Origin: Candidatus Kaiserbacteria bacterium
Lineage (GTDB): Bacteria; Patescibacteriota; Minisyncoccia; Phycocordibacterales; UBA2100
NCBI GenBank assembly: GCA_016214605.1
Contig: JACROD010000020.1
Coordinates: 30,158-94,157 of the forward strand
Direction of reading: 5' to 3'
DNA: 64,000 nt
Shown: positions 58,920 to 64,000 of the stretch, piece after piece
Position numbering within the stretch: position 1 is the stretch's first letter
Layout of the letters: every line of letters starts with the position of its first letter
Notes under the pieces: model-generated
What the model was told of the DNA's origin: nothing
Databases searched by the model: none
Seen by the model: the letters and a program-made list of their open reading frames with translations, nothing else
Translations under genes and position numbers: made by a program

Positions 58920-60203
58920 TTATGAATGCAGCTGGCGTGCGAGGGATTTTTCGACGAGCAGGCGGGGCCAGCCGTAGGCGAGGCGATTGAGAGTCGTCAC
59001 CTTTGCTTTGGTCGATGAGTCTTTGGATATTTCTTCTGGCGGCAGCGTGATGCCCGAAAAGGCCTCGCTCGTTTTGCCGTCGATCATGAGCTTGATGTAG
59101 AAATTGAAACGCGGCAGGCCGATGAAGTCGCGCTCCGTGATCGGCGCGAACTCTCGCGCGAGGATCCGCGCATCTTCAATCCCGACCTCGAAGGCGAGGA
59201 GCGTGCCGACGTTGCCGAACAAGCTGTCTCGGATCGTATCCGGCAGCTGCGAAAGGTATTGATTCGCGAGATGCATACCGAGGCCGTATTTGCGCGATTC
59301 GCTCAGGAGGCTCGCAAACGTATCAGTGATGAAGTTTTGGAATTCGTCCACATACAGATAGAATGGCGTCCGCGCGGATGCACCTCGGTCGGCACGCTTC
59401 ATGACGGCGGCCTGCAGGCGCGAGATCAGGATGAGTCCGAGCATATGTGCATTCATCTCGCCGATCTTCCCCTTGGACAGGTTTACGAGCAGGATGCTCT
59501 TTTTGTCCATCAGCTCGTCAAATTCGAAGCTGTTGATGCGGTGGCCCATGATGTTGCGCATGAGCGGGCTGTTGATGAAGGGGCCGAATTTGGACATGAA
59601 GTAATTGAGCATCTCGCTTTTGTGGAAGCCGGAAGTTTTCGCCATTTGTTTGGTCCAGAAGTCGATCACGAGGGGATCGGTGAGGTGCGACCGCTTCGTC
59701 TTTTCGAATGCGGGATCGACGAAGAGCTTGGGGATCTCGAGTATGCTGCCGCCCTCGGGCCCCGCCATGACGGTGAGCGCCGCGTTGCGCAGCCAGTGTT
59801 CAAACTGTGGTCCGATAAGGCCGGTCTTTTCCGGGTCGAAGAGCTTGTAGAAGATCTGGATGCATTCGTTGACGAGGAAGTCCTTTTCGAATTCGTCGTG
59901 TGCTTCCAGGAGATTGAGTCCGAAGGGAAAATCCTTGTCGCTCGGATCGAAGAGGATCACGTCTTGCAGGCGGTTTTGGGGGATGTGCTCGAGCAGCCAG
60001 TCGATCGAATCTCCGTGCGGGTCGATAAAGCAGACGCCGTGGCCGCTTTGGATGTCTTGTAGGCACATGTTTTGGAAGATGGTCGATTTGCCGACGCCGG
60101 TCTTGCCGACCATGTACATGTGCCGCAAGCGGTCCTTTTCGGCGTACTCGATCAGCCGCCTGCGTCCGCGAAATTCATTGATGCCGATAGATACGTTTGC
60201 CAT
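58920..60203 (-). CDS. TrwB/VirD4/TraG-family ATPase (short paralog)
   Basis: VGKTGVGKS Walker A, YLYVDEFQNF, ANQYLSQL; paralog of 3089-5857. Confidence 0.75.
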   Translation of the reverse strand: MANVSIGINEFRGRRRLIEYAEKDRLRHMYMVGKTGVGKSTIFQNMCLQDIQSGHGVCFIDPHGDSIDWLLEHIPQNRLQDVILFDPSDKDFPFGLNLLEAHDEFEKDFLVNECIQIFYKLFDPEKTGLIGPQFEHWLRNAALTVMAGPEGGSILEIPKLFVDPAFEKTKRSHLTDPLVIDFWTKQMAKTSGFHKSEMLNYFMSKFGPFINSPLMRNIMGHRINSFEFDELMDKKSILLVNLSKGKIGEMNAHMLGLILISRLQAAVMKRADRGASARTPFYLYVDEFQNFITDTFASLLSESRKYGLGMHLANQYLSQLPDTIRDSLFGNVGTLLAFEVGIEDARILAREFAPITERDFIGLPRFNFYIKLMIDGKTSEAFSGITLPPEEISKDSSTKAKVTTLNRLAYGWPRLLVEKSLARQLHS

Positions 60204-60207
60204 ATTT

Positions 60208-60525
60208 TTAAATGTGAGTATCGAGGGGCTTTTGTACGAAGTATTCGGACTTGAGGGTCTTATTCAGGCGCTTTTTCATGGCGGCGATCTTGGCCTCCGA
60301 TTCGACGACCGAGAGCAAGAACTCCCGCTCATACTCTATCTTGGTACGCAGTGCGTCGAAGAGTGTGCGGCTGATGTCCGCGTGGATCGATGCGAGCATT
60401 TCGCTGCGCTCGGTATACACGCTCTGGGCCTGCGGCAGTGTGAGGCCTGCTGGGGGAGCATCTTGAGGAGATTCGTCGCTGCGGAATCGTTCGGTATGGT
60501 GCATGTGTTCGTGAGGATTGTTCAT
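60208..60525 (-). CDS. Hypothetical 105-aa protein, operon partner
   Basis: ORF track; 4-nt overlap with upstream Clp-like gene. Confidence 0.4.
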   Translation of the reverse strand: MNNPHEHMHHTERFRSDESPQDAPPAGLTLPQAQSVYTERSEMLASIHADISRTLFDALRTKIEYEREFLLSVVESEAKIAAMKKRLNKTLKSEYFVQKPLDTHI

Positions 60526-62201
60526 AGGTATGAGTGCTCGGTATGTGCCTCCAAGAGCGAATCCATGAGTAATGTCTCGCAGGTTTCTTCGACGAATCGC
60601 TTCACGGGCCGGGCGCCGAAGCGGGGATCGGCAATGTGCCGTATTCGCTCTTCGAGTGTCTCTGGTTCGATGGCGAAACGCACACGATGTTTGGAGAGCC
60701 GTTTCTCGATCTTTTGGATCTCGAGCTGTGCGACCTGCACTAGGCTCGATACGGTGAGCGGCTGAAAGACCAAAATACTGTCGAAGCGATTGATGAATTC
60801 GAGTCGGAAGGTCTTGGCGAGTATCGGTAGGACCGTCTCTGCCACAAATGCATCATTGTCGATGCGCGTATGGCGCGCATGCGCCGCCAGTATCTCCTGC
60901 ACAGCTGCGTTGGAGGTCGCCATGAAGATCGCATTGCGGGCGTCGACCGTCTCGCTTTGTCCCGAGGTGAGGCGCCCGTCGTCGAGTACCTGGAGAAACA
61001 CGTCGAATACTTTGGGATGCGCTTTTTCGATCTCGTCGAGCAGGATGAGGGAGTGGGGCTCCTTGCGCAGGGCATTGGTGAGCGCGCCGCCTTCTTCGTA
61101 GCCGACGTATCCCGGCGGGGCGCCGATCAGGCGCTGGACCGAGTGTTCTTGCTGGAATTCGGACATGTCGATGCGTGTGAAGCTCTCGGCGCGCCCAAAC
61201 ATGATCTCGGCCACGCACTTGGCGGTCTCTGTCTTGCCGACTCCCGAGGGCCCGAGCAAGAGGAACGAGCCGAGCGGACGATCGGGATTCCTGAGCCCGA
61301 GCCTGGCCCGCTGCAGGGTCGCTGCAATCTTTGCCGTGGCGCCTTTTTGGTCGACGATGCGTTTGTCGAGCGTGTCCGCGAGGTCTTTGATCCCCTGGAG
61401 CTCGCCCTGCTTCATGCGAGCGCTCGGGACGCCGGTCTTTGCTTCGATCAGATGCATGACCGATTCGGGCGTGAGAATCTTGTGATCTTGGGCGGCGCAC
61501 GACGAGATGCTTTCGTCGAGCAGGTGGATCGCCGATCGCGGCATCTGCCCGAGGACGGGAAAGCGCTGCGCGAGTGCGACGATCTCTTGCAGGGCATCGT
61601 CGGGCACGATGACGTGGTGGTGAGCATTGAGGAGGGGGATCTTTTTCGACAGGATGCGCCGGTATTCGGACGCGGTCTGTTCTTTGAGGGTGATGGTCTC
61701 GAAGAGATGTATGAACGCGGGATACTCACGCTCGAGCCACGCGTATTCGTGAGTCTCCAGGGCGAGCACGACGTGCACATCCGGGCGCGCGAGCAGATGC
61801 TTGTACAGGCGATGGATGTGCTGGGCGAACGCCGTGTTTTTGGAAAGTTCTCGCCCGAAATCATCGACGAACAAGACGCATGCAGGCAGGTGCTCGAATG
61901 CCTCGGCGTACCGCTCTTCGAGGCTCGCGTCGTTGACGGCTTCAAACACATGCTCGGTGTCCAATTGCAAGAGTGCGTATGCATCGTAGCGGGATCGTCC
62001 GATCATGTGCCGTACCCAGCCGTAGGCCAAGGCTGTTTTGCCGATGCCGCTTGGCCCTACGATGAGCGCGTTGTTGTTGATCCGGCGGCCGAGCAGGCGA
62101 TTGATCCGGCTGATCTCGTCGCGGCGACCGACGAGGGCGGGCAGGCGGCCCTTGTGCGCTTCTTCTCGCAGGTCATAGTAGGTGATCTTTTTGTTGCTCA
62201 T
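60522..62201 (-). CDS. ClpA/ClpB-family two-AAA ATPase lacking N- and M-domains (NBD1 Walker B degenerate)
   Basis: NBD1 GPSGIGKTA; NBD2 LLGPSGVGKTE…LLDEIEKAHP…DDGRLT…; 559 aa. Confidence 0.8.
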   Translation of the reverse strand: MSNKKITYYDLREEAHKGRLPALVGRRDEISRINRLLGRRINNNALIVGPSGIGKTALAYGWVRHMIGRSRYDAYALLQLDTEHVFEAVNDASLEERYAEAFEHLPACVLFVDDFGRELSKNTAFAQHIHRLYKHLLARPDVHVVLALETHEYAWLEREYPAFIHLFETITLKEQTASEYRRILSKKIPLLNAHHHVIVPDDALQEIVALAQRFPVLGQMPRSAIHLLDESISSCAAQDHKILTPESVMHLIEAKTGVPSARMKQGELQGIKDLADTLDKRIVDQKGATAKIAATLQRARLGLRNPDRPLGSFLLLGPSGVGKTETAKCVAEIMFGRAESFTRIDMSEFQQEHSVQRLIGAPPGYVGYEEGGALTNALRKEPHSLILLDEIEKAHPKVFDVFLQVLDDGRLTSGQSETVDARNAIFMATSNAAVQEILAAHARHTRIDNDAFVAETVLPILAKTFRLEFINRFDSILVFQPLTVSSLVQVAQLEIQKIEKRLSKHRVRFAIEPETLEERIRHIADPRFGARPVKRFVEETCETLLMDSLLEAHTEHSYL

Positions 62202-62216
62202 AAGTGATCTTTAGTA

Positions 62217-63104
62217 TTAGGCGGCCATCTCCAGGATAATCCCGTCTTTGCTGACACGGCTGCGCAAAGGGCTGCGGGGACGGATGATCTCGGTGTTGTC
62301 GTTTTGCGGCGGCGCGGCGACGGATCGCTGTGTGTTCGGGAGACTATAGCGGGCTGGTAGCTCGGGGCTTCGGGCGAGACGCGTCATAGGTACGCCGATC
62401 GCGTGCAGAATACTCTCTGCTTGTGCGACGGGCTCTTGCTCGCTGTTTTTTTCTCCTTCTTGTTTTTCGTTTTCGGTCACGGCCTCGTGTGCTATCGCCT
62501 CGAAAGCGAGGACTTCATTGATCGTCTCTTGTGCTTCACTTGGGATAGTGTCTTCAGGCTGCTCTGTGCGCACGATCGCGGATGTCTCGGCGACCCCTGT
62601 CTCTTCTTGCACCATGCGTTCATCTTCGGCACGCATGATCTCGTGTTTGTGGATCTCGTAGGTGACCAATCCGTTCTCGCCGAGAATGAGCTGCGTCACA
62701 TACAATATCTCTCCGTCGGCGGTCTGCTCGCGATAATCCGGCAAGAAGAAGACTCTGTCGCCGCCCTCGCGCCATTGGGCGAGCATCTCTTGGTGCAGGG
62801 TAGTGTCTTCATTCATCCACACATTGCCCTCGGGATCGCGGATATTTTGTCCGTCAAACCAGTATCCGCTGTCGCCGCTGTACGCATGCTCCCAGTCGTC
62901 CTCCTCGCCGCCTTTTTGTTCGAGGACGGCTTGTTCGCCCGGCTCGGCTGGCTCTTGGCGTTCTGCTTCTTCACTATCCTCGGATTTTTCGTACTCGGCC
63001 GTCTCGCGGGATTCGCGCTCCGAGGCAGAAGCGTACTCGACGTCCTCATTAAGTCCTTCCACGTATTCTTCTTCGTCGATAAAATCTTGGATCTCGGTCT
63101 GCAT
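62217..63104 (-). CDS. Highly acidic hypothetical protein, first gene of the operon
   Basis: ORF track (ATG at 63104; TTG 63131 rejected). Confidence 0.45.
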   Translation of the reverse strand: MQTEIQDFIDEEEYVEGLNEDVEYASASERESRETAEYEKSEDSEEAERQEPAEPGEQAVLEQKGGEEDDWEHAYSGDSGYWFDGQNIRDPEGNVWMNEDTTLHQEMLAQWREGGDRVFFLPDYREQTADGEILYVTQLILGENGLVTYEIHKHEIMRAEDERMVQEETGVAETSAIVRTEQPEDTIPSEAQETINEVLAFEAIAHEAVTENEKQEGEKNSEQEPVAQAESILHAIGVPMTRLARSPELPARYSLPNTQRSVAAPPQNDNTEIIRPRSPLRSRVSKDGIILEMAA

Positions 63105-63134
63105 AGTGATTTTTCTTGGGATAAAAAACAAAAA

Positions 63135-63150
63135 CTCCGCCCAAGCGGAG
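63135..63150 (-). terminator. Hairpin ctccgc-ccaa-gcggag followed by U-run on minus strand
   Basis: Read directly. Confidence 0.5.
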
Positions 63151-63159
63151 ATCCTTAAA

Positions 63160-63445
63160 AATGCCTTTCAGCATCGAATCCTGCTCGGGAAAAACCGGAT
63201 TGATGAAGATCGGACTCGTACCCGTGAGATGGCGAAGCCCATATCTCCGGGTCATTACCGTTGCGGCACAGTAGGGGAATCTCACCCCACTTCCTATCCG
63301 TACTTTTTCAGCACGGACCCGACTCTACTTCAGTCGGCTATCAACCGTACGTTTGATTATATGCTCGGACTTTTTCGGTGCAAACATTTTGCCCGACATG
63401 AATGTGAATAGCGAGTGTGTCAATAGAAAAAACAGACGACCGAGA
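63160..63445 (-). ncRNA. Structured ncRNA candidate, possibly minimal RNase P RNA (rnpB-like)
   Basis: No ORF; bounded by two terminators; P4-like pseudoknot AAAAG(U)CCG / CCGGUUUUU with bulged U, adjacent P2-like UCGGG/CCCGA, segments resembling AGUCCGGGC and ACGGUAA…CCCGGAG. Confidence 0.3.
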
Positions 63446-63475
63446 GCAAAGCTGACGCATGGATATCAAAAGTAT

Positions 63476-63504
63476 AGGACCACGAGATTTTGTCTCGTGG
63501 TCCT
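63476..63504 (-). terminator. Terminator of lipoprotein gene (11-bp stem aggaccacgag/ctcgtggtcct)
   Basis: Read directly. Confidence 0.55.
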
Positions 63505-63524
63505 GTTTGTTGAGACAGCGTGTC

Positions 63525-63782
63525 TCAGTAATCGCAGATGTCCTTCCCCCCGTAGTGGGGACTCGGGATCGCTTGTTTGATCTGGGCGGCCATCAACTGG
63601 GCGTCGTGGCGATCGCGGACCTTTGGCAACTGACTTGCCAGGGCAAACCGCTGCTGCCATATGGCTTCGCATTTCAACACGTCTTGTGCGTAGCGGGCGA
63701 CATACACCGAATAGGCGGAAAGGCCGCAAGACGCAAGCGCGAAGGCAACGGCGAAAGCCGGTAAGATAAGCTGCTTTTTCAA
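63525..63782 (-). CDS. Small lipoprotein (signal peptide + Cys lipobox …LASCG)
   Basis: ORF track. Confidence 0.5.
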   Translation of the reverse strand: MKKQLILPAFAVAFALASCGLSAYSVYVARYAQDVLKCEAIWQQRFALASQLPKVRDRHDAQLMAAQIKQAIPSPHYGGKDICDY

Positions 63783-64000
63783 GGAACCCTCCTGGGGGTT
63801 ATTACCGGTTTATAGTGTACACTAGTACACATAGTATGTCAAGCTTGAAAGTGCCGAGTCATATGCTCAGTTTCCCGTACCATCTCTCTCGTCGTTTAGT
63901 TTAGCTAGATAGAATCCAAGGCGTCCTATTGCATACATTGACAATGTACGCACGTTGTATATACTTGCCTTATGACTACGGTAAATGTGAGAATTGAAGA

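Noticed and set aside
57863-62207. Long ORFs 57863-58852(-), 59259-60062(+), 60870-62207(+)
   Set aside because: Antisense to the Trx-DipZ, VirD4-like and Clp-like genes, whose sense frames have strong motifs.
1-64000. CRISPR arrays, rRNA genes, transposases/integrases
   Set aside because: No regularly spaced repeat arrays, no rRNA-like stretches and no recognisable transposase or integrase ORFs were seen on visual inspection.

Overview
This is a bacterial chromosomal window of moderately high GC with AT-rich islets. The gene content (divergent Adk, many secreted PG-binding proteins, long tmRNA tag) suggests a small-genome, possibly CPR/Patescibacteria-like organism; that is inference only.

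The window starts in the tail of the ribosomal-protein/secY operon (secY C-terminus, gmk, adk, map). Other housekeeping genes: ndk, infC-rpmI-rplT, ftsH, recG, scattered pyrimidine genes (pyrF, pyrE, pyrC, pyrD), a malic enzyme and an Mqo-like oxidoreductase. There is one tRNA (Ile, anticodon UAU) and an ssrA/smpB pair.

The main discovery is a complete diversity-generating retroelement at 45.5-48.3 kb: target gene with a 3' VR, a TR that differs only at TR adenines, an Avd-like four-helix-bundle gene, and a DGR-type reverse transcriptase interrupted by a G10 homopolymer frameshift.

Other unusual systems:
- Two paralogous TrwB/VirD4-like coupling-protein ATPases. One is the last gene of a tight minus-strand operon with a two-AAA Clp-like unfoldase, preceded by a structured, possibly RNase P-like RNA.
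- A Phd/RelE toxin-antitoxin pair next to the tRNA, and two MazF/PemK-like toxins.
- Copper-resistance and thiol-disulfide/metal gene clusters that share a novel Cys-rich CPxCG...CEAWC...SCNLDII module.
- A 30-bp duplication of the rplT 3' end flanking an inserted isochorismatase-family gene.
- An in-frame palindromic mini-insertion in recG.
- A 23-bp direct repeat bracketing a small coiled-coil ORF upstream of the large ATPase.

All coordinates were derived by reading the sequence and ORF track. Domain calls rest on recognised motifs, not database searches.
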